Source of the DNA: a virus
Taxonomy: Duplodnaviria; Caudoviricetes
Length of the DNA: 64,000 nt
Direction: 5' to 3' (one strand)
Virus record (IMG/VR): IMGVR_UViG_3300009183_000045
This document shows, one piece after another, positions 45,487-55,795 of this stretch. The notes under the pieces are model-generated. The model made no database searches, was not told the origin of the DNA, and saw nothing but the letters and a program-made list of their open reading frames with translations. Each line of letters opens with the position of its first letter. Position 1 is the stretch's first letter. A program made the position numbers and the translations under genes.

Positions 45487-46296
45487 ATGTCTGAAAATTT
45501 AAATTTCAACGATGCTTTAAATACTTTAGAGGTTTTCAAAGAATTGTGTGTAGCTAAAGCGTGGTCACCTACTTTAGGTAAAAACATTCTTATTAAAGAA
45601 CTATCTGCTAAGCAGCAAAAGCAATTATTATCTTCGGCGGTAGAGTCCGCTTCTGAATATAAATCATATTTTATTAAAAATTTATATGAAATTTTATTAC
45701 AGAATTGCAATGAACCCAAAGAAACTATAAATTCTTTAAATTTTATTGATTATACATCTATTGTTATTTCTCTTCGCAAACAAACTTCTAAAGAAGTTTT
45801 AATATCCTTCAGTAAGGAAGATGATAAAAGGGTAGAAGAGGTAATAGATTTAGATGGGGTACTGGACAAACTTTCGGCTCTTGTAATTCCAATCCCAGAA
45901 AACATCGCGGTAAAAAAGGATAATATTGAAATCAACATATCGTTAAAGATACCCACTATTACAGATGATGTTACATTCTTTGAATTTTTACCAGCAGTTA
46001 AAAAACAAGATACCCAAGCAGAAACCTTGAAGCAATTAATTGCGGAAACTTATATGTATGAATCTGCAAAGTGCATAGACAAGGTTGAAGTGGCGGGCAA
46101 AGACTTGGGATATAACACCCTTTCCGTTAAACAAAAATATGCTTTAGTTGAAAAATTACCAGCTTCTTTAATTCAAAAATTGTTATCTCAGTATGCCTCT
46201 TGGAAAGAATCTGTTAATAAAGCATTAACCGTAAAGAGTTCTAATGGAATTGAAAAACAATTAGATATTGATTCTATCTTATTTTTAACTTCTTAA
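45487..46296 (+). CDS. Second gp26-like baseplate hub protein
   Basis: IKELSAKQQK, IVISLR, LKIPT pattern paralogous to previous gene. Confidence 0.6.
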   Translation: MSENLNFNDALNTLEVFKELCVAKAWSPTLGKNILIKELSAKQQKQLLSSAVESASEYKSYFIKNLYEILLQNCNEPKETINSLNFIDYTSIVISLRKQTSKEVLISFSKEDDKRVEEVIDLDGVLDKLSALVIPIPENIAVKKDNIEINISLKIPTITDDVTFFEFLPAVKKQDTQAETLKQLIAETYMYESAKCIDKVEVAGKDLGYNTLSVKQKYALVEKLPASLIQKLLSQYASWKESVNKALTVKSSNGIEKQLDIDSILFLTS

Positions 46297-46323
46297 TCCT
46301 GCTATAGAATCTAAGTATTCTAT

Positions 46324-47967
46324 ATGGCACTATTTGACACCACAGAAGAAGTAAATCAACATTATATTGATTTTATGAACTCTCAAAAAGTGTCCATAGA
46401 AGAATTAAAAGCAATAAAAATGAGTTTATTTGAGCTCACTAAAGGTATACATACTACTCTTTTAGGGGCTACTAAAGAAAATACATCTACTCTTAAAGCT
46501 TTATACGATCACTTAAATCCTCCAGGAGCCGAGGCTCGGAGTTATAGTTCCTTAAAGGCAGGAGGGGACAGAGAAGGAGATAATGAAACTCTAAAATTTT
46601 TAAAAGACTTTATGTCTAAAATACCATTGCCGGGTCAAGGTGGCGGAAATGTAAAGACTTTATTAGATGAAATAGGAAGTTTAATAGTAACCGGTTTGTT
46701 GGCATTAGTGGCTCTGCCTTTTATGGGGCCCATTATAAAATGGTTTGATGATAATTTTGGAACCAACATTAAAGCTAGTTTTGATAAAATAATTCGTCCC
46801 TTTGAAGGTTATATTACTAGAGCACATGAAGCCGTGGTTACACTTACAACTTGGTTGCACAAAACTATAGATTGGTTTAAATTGCTAATGAATGATCCGA
46901 AAGAGGCTTTGCTTCAGGCATGGGAAGGTCTTAAAAATTTAGGGCACACTATATATGAAAAATTAAAGCCTTTTATCAAAGTTGGCGAAGACGTTTTTAA
47001 CTCTATATACACCTATCTTAAAGATCAACTTAAGATATATTTTGATCAATTTTTAGATTTTCTCGGAGGTGCCACAAAAACTAATAATGTTTTTGAAAAT
47101 ACCTATAATAAAATATCGAGTTATTTCAATAGTTTCATTTCTTCTATAGAAAAGTGGTCAGACAATAATGGGTTTCATGATGTCTTTCAAACCATGAAAG
47201 GATATTTCACCACAGTGTTAAAAACGGGAGAGTCTTTTATGGAAGAATTAAAGCCTTTATATGCAGGTTCAAAGAATATATTTGCCACTACAATGCATTT
47301 ATTGGGCACTATATGGGATTCCGGGGTCATACAACAAAAAATTACTAATATAGTGGGTGATGTAACTGACGCGGTCAAAAAAAAGGCTGATAAGCTTTGG
47401 GATTCTTTATCTACTATTTTAGAAAATTTATTGCAAAATATAGGGGATCGAATATTGTTGTCTATTGCAGGAAACGGTAAAAAAAAGAATGAAAAGGGAG
47501 ACGAGTGGAATTGGTTTTCAGATGTTGATCCCTCGGAATGGATTCCCGGAGTTAAAGAGGCTCGAGAAAGGATGAAAGAAAAGGAAAACAAAGAACTCTT
47601 AGAACAAAAGAAAACTATTAATGACAAAAAATTAAGAGATGAAACCTATGATAATTCTGTCCAAAATTTAAAAAATAAATTAGGAATAGAGTCTCCTAAT
47701 TTCAAAAGAGTAATGGATGGGCTGTCTGAGGGTGCTGCTTCTACTGAGAAAAGTTTAAGAGCACAGGCTGATTATATATCTGGTGCCATATCCGAAGCCT
47801 TAAAGGAGTATCAGGAAGCTGATAAACAACCCATTATAATACAGCCACCTGCAAAAAATTCTTCTCCCGGCTCTATGACTCCTATACCCACAATGCAATC
47901 TAATGAAGTGGGTAGAATAAGGGGGCAATTTTATTCCACAAGACCTTCCTTTGGTGTACTTGGTTAA
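46324..47967 (+). CDS. Helical tail protein, possible tape measure/hub (gp29-like)
   Basis: Amphipathic helical repeats with Trp/Phe, hydrophobic segment; position. Confidence 0.45.
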   Translation: MALFDTTEEVNQHYIDFMNSQKVSIEELKAIKMSLFELTKGIHTTLLGATKENTSTLKALYDHLNPPGAEARSYSSLKAGGDREGDNETLKFLKDFMSKIPLPGQGGGNVKTLLDEIGSLIVTGLLALVALPFMGPIIKWFDDNFGTNIKASFDKIIRPFEGYITRAHEAVVTLTTWLHKTIDWFKLLMNDPKEALLQAWEGLKNLGHTIYEKLKPFIKVGEDVFNSIYTYLKDQLKIYFDQFLDFLGGATKTNNVFENTYNKISSYFNSFISSIEKWSDNNGFHDVFQTMKGYFTTVLKTGESFMEELKPLYAGSKNIFATTMHLLGTIWDSGVIQQKITNIVGDVTDAVKKKADKLWDSLSTILENLLQNIGDRILLSIAGNGKKKNEKGDEWNWFSDVDPSEWIPGVKEARERMKEKENKELLEQKKTINDKKLRDETYDNSVQNLKNKLGIESPNFKRVMDGLSEGAASTEKSLRAQADYISGAISEALKEYQEADKQPIIIQPPAKNSSPGSMTPIPTMQSNEVGRIRGQFYSTRPSFGVLG

Positions 47968-47977
47968 CCTATAATAT

Positions 47978-50035
47978 ATGTCTTTTAATTTTTTCTCCAT
48001 ACAGCAAACACCTAATAGATTTCTCAAGACAACTACGGCTTTTTATCCAACCGCGGTGCCTACCGGTGGGTCTGGTACTATAGATGTATACGGTGATTTT
48101 AGATGGAAAAACACTGGTTCCATAGATGAGGTGCCTCAAATATTGCTATCTGAGTTTAAATTAAATACTGGAGCCCGGACTGCTAATTTATTAGAATTGT
48201 GGGGTGAGATGACCTCCAATCTTTCTAAATCTAATACAAGTAGTGTGGGCAACTTTGCTTCGTCAGCTGGAGGGATAGCCAAAGAAGCATTGGCGCGAAC
48301 CGTTTTTGGAGACCCGTATGAGGGGTTATATAAGGGAGAACCTACAGGGTTCTATTACAACCTGCCCTATATAAAAAACGGTTCCATAAGAGGTGATGGC
48401 ATGAAAAATAATTGGGCCAATGATGAGACAATATTTGATATGTTAGGCAAGGCGTTTCCCGCTTTAAAGAGTGTGGGAAATGCTATGGGCTCACTTGCGG
48501 CTCAATTAAAAGATGAAGCTTGGGGTGCGGAAGATATAAAAAAATTTACAGGGTCAAATGCTAGAACAGTTACTATCCAATTTCCTTTATATAATACCTA
48601 TTCTATAAAAGAGGCTAATGATAATTTTAGTTTTATAAGTTTGTTTGGATTTCAAAATTTAAGAACTAGAACTTCTTATATGACTTTTTTGCCTCCAAAA
48701 GTTTACACTGTAGACACCTTAGACGAAGGGGGCATATATATGCCAATTGCAGTGGTAACTGATTTTAAAGTGGAAAATATGGGCACTTTAAGGAGAATGA
48801 CTGATTTTGGCACTAGCATATCCGGACCGTCTGCCACTGGATATCGTTTGGTGCCGGAGGCTTATAAAGTAACTATAACCCTGACAGAACTTATACCAGA
48901 AACTACTAACATTATGCAAGGGGCTCTCGGCCACGGCAAAGTGCAGGTTATTAATAATTCTCTTGGAAGCAATATGGGTAATGTTGATTTGAATAACATA
49001 TCCTCAAGTGGGCTGTTTGATTTCTTAGACGGAAGCTCCGCTGGAACTCTCGGTGCCTCCACAGCAGACAATCTTTCACCTACTCAAGAATTTAATCAGA
49101 ATAATTCATGGAGTACTTCCGATTCCTTAACCTCTCCAGAAGTGCTATCAAGCACTGGTATGACAGATTTGGATAAAATAAAATTGGTGGAATATCAACA
49201 AGAGATCCAACAAGAAAAAACATTTGCAGATATGCAATTGAACAGCACGCCAATGTCTGAGGAACAAACTGCTGCAGTTGAGGCATATAGACCATCTCCA
49301 GTGGAACAATTACCGGGGATGAAAACTTCCTATCAATTGCCCGGCATGGAGATACCAGAAGTGGTATCTCCGGTGTATGAAAGAGAATTAATACCTGGTA
49401 TGGATTTCAATGCCCCCGAGGAATCTAATGTAAAACCTGAATTGACTGTCCCTGTTATAGAGGAGAGAGCACCTCAATATACACCGGAGGCACCTATAGA
49501 AGAAAATCGAATACAAATAAACACACCGGTAACTCTTCAAGATTCATCTCTTGAAGAATATACTGCCCCCCAAACTAAAGAATTTCTAGGAGGCGGTTTA
49601 AATGTTGATTATGAGTCTTCTTCACTCTCTTTTCAACCACCAGCTTTAATTACAAATACTGATACCACAAAACCTAGCATAGTATTAGACACTCAAAAAT
49701 CATTTAGTACAGTTGCTGGTGACGTAACAATACCTAGAGGTGAATTAGACATGGAAGCCTTTAATCTGGCAGTGAGAATGAGATCTGAGAGCGGTAAGAA
49801 TGTAACCTTTTTGCCAGATAACAACGGTGGTTACACGGTGGTTTCTGTGGATAAAAATGGAGTTGCCACGCCTTTTAATGTTTTAGATGCATTGCCAAGC
49901 GGGCAAACTGTGGGAGAATTAATAAATTTGGCGCCGACCAAAAAAGACGCCGTGATAATAAAAAAAGAATTATTGGCTGGAAGACCTCAATATGCAGGAA
50001 ACCAAGGCAATCAACCCTCACCAACTTCTTTATAA
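47978..50035 (+). CDS. Baseplate protein (gp48-like N-half) with acidic Pro-rich extension
   Basis: RTVTIQFPL, FLPP..YTV, VVTDFKVE, AYKVTITLTEL. Confidence 0.55.
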   Translation: MSFNFFSIQQTPNRFLKTTTAFYPTAVPTGGSGTIDVYGDFRWKNTGSIDEVPQILLSEFKLNTGARTANLLELWGEMTSNLSKSNTSSVGNFASSAGGIAKEALARTVFGDPYEGLYKGEPTGFYYNLPYIKNGSIRGDGMKNNWANDETIFDMLGKAFPALKSVGNAMGSLAAQLKDEAWGAEDIKKFTGSNARTVTIQFPLYNTYSIKEANDNFSFISLFGFQNLRTRTSYMTFLPPKVYTVDTLDEGGIYMPIAVVTDFKVENMGTLRRMTDFGTSISGPSATGYRLVPEAYKVTITLTELIPETTNIMQGALGHGKVQVINNSLGSNMGNVDLNNISSSGLFDFLDGSSAGTLGASTADNLSPTQEFNQNNSWSTSDSLTSPEVLSSTGMTDLDKIKLVEYQQEIQQEKTFADMQLNSTPMSEEQTAAVEAYRPSPVEQLPGMKTSYQLPGMEIPEVVSPVYERELIPGMDFNAPEESNVKPELTVPVIEERAPQYTPEAPIEENRIQINTPVTLQDSSLEEYTAPQTKEFLGGGLNVDYESSSLSFQPPALITNTDTTKPSIVLDTQKSFSTVAGDVTIPRGELDMEAFNLAVRMRSESGKNVTFLPDNNGGYTVVSVDKNGVATPFNVLDALPSGQTVGELINLAPTKKDAVIIKKELLAGRPQYAGNQGNQPSPTSL

Positions 50036-50038
50036 TAT

Positions 50039-50398
50039 ATGAAACAATCAGACTTTTCAGAATTACCCGTTTTGTCTTCTTATAGATATGAAAACTTTTT
50101 CAACATTTATACTGATCCAACTAACAATGAAAAATACTACAATCTGCTAAGGTCTATAAATGTTTTTCCTGCTAATAGCCAGTTAGTAGAAGAGGATTAT
50201 ATTATAAAACATCATGACACTTGGTATGGTATTGCTTATAATTATTATAACACTGCAGATTTGTGGTGGCTAATTTGTACCTATAATCAAATTTTAGATG
50301 CCTCTAAATTACCAGAGCAGGGCACTTCTATAAAATTATTAAAACCACAATATGTGGGTTATATCTTACAAGAATTGACTCAGCAAGTAAATAGATAA
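50039..50398 (+). CDS. Baseplate wedge protein (gp53-like, LysM-like)
   Basis: YIIKHHDTWYGIAYNYYNTADLWWLICTYN. Confidence 0.8.
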   Translation: MKQSDFSELPVLSSYRYENFFNIYTDPTNNEKYYNLLRSINVFPANSQLVEEDYIIKHHDTWYGIAYNYYNTADLWWLICTYNQILDASKLPEQGTSIKLLKPQYVGYILQELTQQVNR

Positions 50399-50399
50399 T

Positions 50400-53276
50400 A
50401 TGAGTTCTGGATTAAATGAAGATGATGATTTAGATCCGGAAGATGTTTTAGTTGACGGAAAATTTTATCAAGGCAATGAAAACATCCTGAGAAAGGATGG
50501 TACTTTTAAATGGACAGATGAAATGATTGCTGATTTTAAACTCTGCAATAAAAGCATACTACATTTTGCCGAAAACCATTTTTATATAGTTTCTCTAGAC
50601 AGAGGAAAAGAAAGAATAGAATTATACAAATATCAAAAAAGACTTTTAAAGGCATTTAAGAGTAATCGTTTTAATGTAGTATTGAGTAGTCGGCAAAGTG
50701 GCAAAGCCTTGGATATTAATACCCCTATTCCTACACCTAATGGAAATGTGAAAATGGGTGATTTAAAAGACGGAGATCAAATTTACGGACTAGACGGAAA
50801 TGTATATAATGTAATCAAGGCTCATGATTTTTTATACAACAGAAATTGTTATAAAGTAATATTTGATAACGGAGAAGAAATCATAGCAGATGAAGATCAT
50901 CTATGGTTTACACAGGAAAGATTGGAAAGAAAAAAGAAATTAGCTGGTAGTGTAAAGACAACAAAAGAAATTTTAAATACATTAACTGTTGGTAGTAAAA
51001 AGGAACCAAGACATCGTATACCCATGGCCAGAAACGGAATAATGGGAAAAGAAACAAATTTACCAATAGATCCGTATGTACTCGGTTTGTGGTTAGGAGA
51101 CGGAAATACAGACGGGGCAAATATAACTGTTGGTCCACGAGATGTTGAATTTTTACTTGAAAAATTAAATAACAACAAACAGTTTAATAAAATTACTTTA
51201 TATCAATTCAAAGAACGTTTGTGGGCTATAAATCCTACTCACACAGATAAAAAACAATCTCTTTGGTCCTGTTTAAAACAAAATAATTTATTAGGAAATA
51301 AACATATACCAGAAATATATTTTAAATCCTCTAGAGAGCAGCGTTTGGAGTTATTAAAAGGTTTGATGGACTCAGATGGTTATATTTCTCCATCTGGCCA
51401 AGCTAATTTTGATAATAGTAATTTGGAATTGGGACATCAAGTCATAAAACTTGTCAGGGAATTAGGATATAGTGTTACTCACATCATACACACTCCAAAA
51501 TTTAACGGCAAAGAATGTGCGGATTCTATGAGAGTTTGTTTTAAACCTCGGGAAGAAGTAGTGAGTATACCTTATAAAAAAAATAAATTAAAATTAACAG
51601 ATGAATTAAGAAGAAATACTTGGCATTATATTAAAGAAATAATTCCAGTAGAAAGCCGGCCAGTTAGGTGTATTACGGTGGATAGTCCAGATAACCTATA
51701 TCTTTGCGGCAAATCTCTTATCCCTACTCACAACACCACAACCATTACCATATATGCGTTGTGGATTGCTTGCTTTCAAAAAGATAAAAAAATAACCATT
51801 GTTGCAAATAAAGAAGCAACTGCAAAAGAAATATTTGCAAGAGTAAAAATGGCATATGAACAATTGCCTATTTATTTAAAACCCGCTATTAAATCCTGGA
51901 GAAAGGACGGTTTTCAATTATCCAATGATTCTGAAATAAAAATTAGTACCACATCAGGATCTGCTGGCCGTGGTGGCAGTAGTAATTTGCTTATCATTGA
52001 TGAAATGGCACACTGTCCTTCTGAGGTGATGAAAGAATTGTGGAGATCCGCTATACCCATTATTACCGCTTCAACCACTTCTCAAATTGTTATTATTAGT
52101 ACTCCAAACGGAACAGATAATAAATTTTATGAATTGTGTGAAGATTCTAAAAAGAAAAATAGTTCTTGGAATCTAGAAAGAGTTGATTGGACAGATGTTC
52201 CAGGGAGAGATGAGACTTGGAAAAAAATGACCATGGATTTGCTTGGCGGCAATGAAGACGACTTTAATCAAGAATATGGAAATGTATTCAATGTGCCTGG
52301 CAGATCTCTTTTAGATGCAAAATATCTAGAAGAACTAAAGGCTCAGTGTCCTGAACCTGTATTAGTTACGGACGAAGGGTGTTATAAGATTTTTCATTTA
52401 CCTAAACCAGAATCCTTTTATGTAATAGGTGTTGATGTTGGGGAAGGAATAGGCCGATCTAACAGTACAGCTCAGATTTTTGATGTGTCAAATCTTCAAA
52501 ATATTATACAAGTGGCTACCTATGCTGCAAATTCTATTAACCCTTATCATTTTGGGTCTAGGTTAATGAATATAATAAATGACTGGGGTAGACCTCCGGT
52601 TTTAGTGGAAAGTAATAATTATGGGCAGCAAGTATTAGATGTTTTACACCAAGCTCATAATTATGAAAACATTGTATCTTATCAAGCAACCGGAAGCAGC
52701 AAACATTATAAAACTGAACACCGGAAGGGTATTTTTAATCACACAAATACTAGATATAATGGCATTACAAATTTTAGATATTGGAGCAATAGTTTAAAAG
52801 CAGTCAAATTTAATGATCCAGAAACTTTATTTGAATTAAATTCTTTTGTAAGATTACCTAATTATACATACACCAAAAGAACCGATAAAGACTTGGATGA
52901 TAGAGTGTTTGGGTGTATTTGGGCATTGTATATTTTAATGCCGGACATAGTTTCTTCTTATTTTTACGTAAGAGAATATGATGACCAAGGCAAACCGACT
53001 AAAATTATTCCTTTAGTTGATAACAGTGATTTAATATTAAAAAGTCCACTCTTACACGGCAATGTAAGTAATATAATAAATAGTAAAAACAGAAGTGTCA
53101 ATGTTACTTCAGTTTTAATATCACCAAAAAATTCTAACACTTCTGCTTTAGATGATGAGGCAAGAGAATTGTGGAGGTGGTTACATTGTGATACTTTTAA
53201 AAGTAAAGAAGAAAATTCTTTTTTAGAAAATAAAGAAGAAACCGTTGAAGAATATAGGCCTATAATTTTATTTTAA
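50400..53276 (+). CDS. terL: Terminase large subunit (gp17-like), intein-containing
   Basis: SRQSGK|TTT Walker A, ANK, IIDEMAH, ISTPNG, FNQEY, GVDVGEG, DDRV. Confidence 0.96.
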   Translation: MSSGLNEDDDLDPEDVLVDGKFYQGNENILRKDGTFKWTDEMIADFKLCNKSILHFAENHFYIVSLDRGKERIELYKYQKRLLKAFKSNRFNVVLSSRQSGKALDINTPIPTPNGNVKMGDLKDGDQIYGLDGNVYNVIKAHDFLYNRNCYKVIFDNGEEIIADEDHLWFTQERLERKKKLAGSVKTTKEILNTLTVGSKKEPRHRIPMARNGIMGKETNLPIDPYVLGLWLGDGNTDGANITVGPRDVEFLLEKLNNNKQFNKITLYQFKERLWAINPTHTDKKQSLWSCLKQNNLLGNKHIPEIYFKSSREQRLELLKGLMDSDGYISPSGQANFDNSNLELGHQVIKLVRELGYSVTHIIHTPKFNGKECADSMRVCFKPREEVVSIPYKKNKLKLTDELRRNTWHYIKEIIPVESRPVRCITVDSPDNLYLCGKSLIPTHNTTTITIYALWIACFQKDKKITIVANKEATAKEIFARVKMAYEQLPIYLKPAIKSWRKDGFQLSNDSEIKISTTSGSAGRGGSSNLLIIDEMAHCPSEVMKELWRSAIPIITASTTSQIVIISTPNGTDNKFYELCEDSKKKNSSWNLERVDWTDVPGRDETWKKMTMDLLGGNEDDFNQEYGNVFNVPGRSLLDAKYLEELKAQCPEPVLVTDEGCYKIFHLPKPESFYVIGVDVGEGIGRSNSTAQIFDVSNLQNIIQVATYAANSINPYHFGSRLMNIINDWGRPPVLVESNNYGQQVLDVLHQAHNYENIVSYQATGSSKHYKTEHRKGIFNHTNTRYNGITNFRYWSNSLKAVKFNDPETLFELNSFVRLPNYTYTKRTDKDLDDRVFGCIWALYILMPDIVSSYFYVREYDDQGKPTKIIPLVDNSDLILKSPLLHGNVSNIINSKNRSVNVTSVLISPKNSNTSALDDEARELWRWLHCDTFKSKEENSFLENKEETVEEYRPIILF
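50706..51734 (+). mobile_element. 343-aa class 3 (Ala-start, WCT) intein with LAGLIDADG homing endonuclease
   Basis: Starts ALDINTP, block B DHLW, block F RCITV, block G PTHN|T; YVLGLWLGDG and LLKGLMDSDG. Confidence 0.92.
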
Positions 53277-53277
53277 A

Positions 53278-53877
53278 ATGAATCAAACTATACTAAACAG
53301 ATCTCGTGCAGATAAATTTACTCTTGTTTTAGATTTGCCTATAGCCATGAAGCAAATGAAGGACAATGTAATGCAGGAATATTATAAACCAGATAAAATT
53401 GAATTTACTGTATTCGGCTCACCGGTGCCCAAAATAGAGGTTAAGTCTATAGATTTGCCCTTTAGCGGCCAACACATGAATATTACAAGCGGAGCCCGCA
53501 CTGATTACGGTCCTTTAAATTTAAAATTTTTGTTAGACAGCGGTTATCAAAATTATTGGACTCTTTGGAATTGGTTAAATCTTTTTAATAATAATGAATT
53601 GAGTAATTCAGATATTAATGAACCAGAGACTTTTCCGTGGAGTAGCAATTATCTCACCAAAAATCCATTCTCAAATTATGTCACAGATTTTGCCCTTTTT
53701 GCATTAGATGAATATAATAATAAAATAGTAGAATTTAAATATTCGGGAAGTTTTATAACTTCTTTAAGTGAAATAAGTTATTCACATCAAGATGAAAACA
53801 TTATATCTTGTACCGCTTCATTTGCCTACAATCAAATGATTGTAAAGTTGCTCAGAGATATAAATCGAGGAATATAA
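53278..53877 (+). CDS. Tail tube terminator/completion protein (gp3-like)
   Basis: VPKI, YGPLNLKFLLD..YQNY...W, ITSLS, CTASFAY. Confidence 0.7.
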   Translation: MNQTILNRSRADKFTLVLDLPIAMKQMKDNVMQEYYKPDKIEFTVFGSPVPKIEVKSIDLPFSGQHMNITSGARTDYGPLNLKFLLDSGYQNYWTLWNWLNLFNNNELSNSDINEPETFPWSSNYLTKNPFSNYVTDFALFALDEYNNKIVEFKYSGSFITSLSEISYSHQDENIISCTASFAYNQMIVKLLRDINRGI

Positions 53878-53878
53878 A

Positions 53879-55483
53879 ATGGCATCAAATTCTACAAATC
53901 AAAATATAGATTCCCGTTTTGTTTATCAAATAGGACAAGATTTTTTTTGGGTTGAAGTGTGGATGTATAATTTTTTAGACAATTTTCCACCCACACAAAT
54001 ACCTTTTTTCTTTATTAATCAATTAGTTATAGAAGAAACTTTGAATGAATGGTCAACTCGTGGATACCTAGTATTGGAAAATGATTATGAAATATTAGAA
54101 AGAGGATCGCCTGCTTATGTAGGAGATACATCTAATAACAATAACAATTCTGGCGCTTATAAAGCACCTTATCTTTTTAGAACAGATGGCAGAAACAAGC
54201 TAAGTGTAAAATTGTTTCCTTATAAATCTTCTCAGGGTGATGTATCAGATGTATTGCCTCTTTCTCACTGGCAAATGTGTTTTGATTTTATTATATATGA
54301 TGTTCAAGACATTTCTCAAAATGAGCCAGGTAAAAAACTTAGAGCATATTATTTTAAAGATGAAAGACATCAAATATTTTCAGAGCGAAATTTAGAATGG
54401 TCTACTTCGATGAATGCTCCTATAGGAGCCAAAGATGCAGATAGAACTATGTATGCAAATGATGCCATAAAAAGTATCATCTCCGCGGCTACAAATTTAA
54501 ACGGATCTCCTTTAAAGATAGGATATACCACAAAAGGAGCCATAAATAAACCAGACATAAATTTAGATTCTTTTGATGACAATGCTTGGGCTGCAAGTCC
54601 CTCTGAACCAAGCGCAAAATTATTTTACACTTCTCCTGGACACCATACGGTATTAGATGATTTACAATATTTATTAACTCACGCAAAATCTTCAGATAAC
54701 AGTCCGGTCATTCTGCAATTTGGTCGCTCTGAGACAGATAAAAAATGGAAATTAATTCCACTATCAGCTCTCTTTAAATTATCTCAAAAAAATCAAGTAG
54801 AGAGATTAATGATTAATGATGGAGTGGACTCAACAAACTTTCCTCCTACAATTCCTAGGGCGGACTCCTCTCAATCATCTGCCATACATAATTTTACTTC
54901 AGGAACCGCTTCGATGATAACAAATTATCATTATGCTCCTATGGTTTCAACTGATGATATGTTGTTATGCAATTCGCCTTTATTTAATTATAATTTTTCT
55001 AATGCTTCATATAATGTGTTTTTTGAAAAAAACAAAATATCAAATGTGTTGTCGTCCGCTACAAAAATAGTTGAAAACGGATTATTTAATTTTTCATCTT
55101 CTAATCCAAATGGGCAGATACAGATGAATATTAATAAAACTAAACAATCAGGTATAATGAATAGAAATTATTTTACACCACAGAATTTTTTCTTAAAAGA
55201 TTTTCCTTTAATGAATATGTTGAAAGATTTAGTTTTTCTGTCGAGTGCTATATATTTTCAAGTTGCTGGATTAACTATTAGATCTCCTGGAAAATTTGTG
55301 TACATAGATCGATTGGGATCGGGAGACAAAAATGGCTTCGATGACAGATTTTTGGGCCAGTGGTTAATAACCAAAGTCACTCATTATTTCACCAAAAATA
55401 GTTATTTAAATGATGTAGTGGCTACAAAAATAGATTCATTTAGTAAAATATTTCCGGATCCTAAAAACGACACCTCTTATTAA
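53879..55483 (+). CDS. Baseplate hub protein (gp27-like)
   Basis: LVIEETL..RGYLVL, GLTIRSPG, FLGQWLITKVTHYF. Confidence 0.65.
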   Translation: MASNSTNQNIDSRFVYQIGQDFFWVEVWMYNFLDNFPPTQIPFFFINQLVIEETLNEWSTRGYLVLENDYEILERGSPAYVGDTSNNNNNSGAYKAPYLFRTDGRNKLSVKLFPYKSSQGDVSDVLPLSHWQMCFDFIIYDVQDISQNEPGKKLRAYYFKDERHQIFSERNLEWSTSMNAPIGAKDADRTMYANDAIKSIISAATNLNGSPLKIGYTTKGAINKPDINLDSFDDNAWAASPSEPSAKLFYTSPGHHTVLDDLQYLLTHAKSSDNSPVILQFGRSETDKKWKLIPLSALFKLSQKNQVERLMINDGVDSTNFPPTIPRADSSQSSAIHNFTSGTASMITNYHYAPMVSTDDMLLCNSPLFNYNFSNASYNVFFEKNKISNVLSSATKIVENGLFNFSSSNPNGQIQMNINKTKQSGIMNRNYFTPQNFFLKDFPLMNMLKDLVFLSSAIYFQVAGLTIRSPGKFVYIDRLGSGDKNGFDDRFLGQWLITKVTHYFTKNSYLNDVVATKIDSFSKIFPDPKNDTSY

Positions 55484-55491
55484 ATATAAAT

Positions 55492-55794
55492 ATGGACAAA
55501 GAACAATTACAAAAAAGGTTAGATGAAATAAAAAAATCTATGCCTCGCGAAGTTTCTTATCCACCAACACCTGAAATGTTAAAAAATGTTGCAAAGAGTA
55601 TTATAAATAATGCTCAAAATGTAATGAACGGAAACTCTTTAAGTGCTACATCTCAGGAGTCACTTCAACGATTAAATGTGTGCAGATCTTGTGAATTTTT
55701 TGATTATACACAAGAGAGATGTAAAAAATGTGGCTGTAAATTAGCCCTAAAAACTTATTTAAAAGCAGAAAAATGTCCTATAGGAAAATGGTAA
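55492..55794 (+). CDS. Small Cys-rich Zn-binding protein
   Basis: CRSC...CKKCGC.L..K...CPIGKW. Confidence 0.75.
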   Translation: MDKEQLQKRLDEIKKSMPREVSYPPTPEMLKNVAKSIINNAQNVMNGNSLSATSQESLQRLNVCRSCEFFDYTQERCKKCGCKLALKTYLKAEKCPIGKW

Positions 55795-55795
55795 T

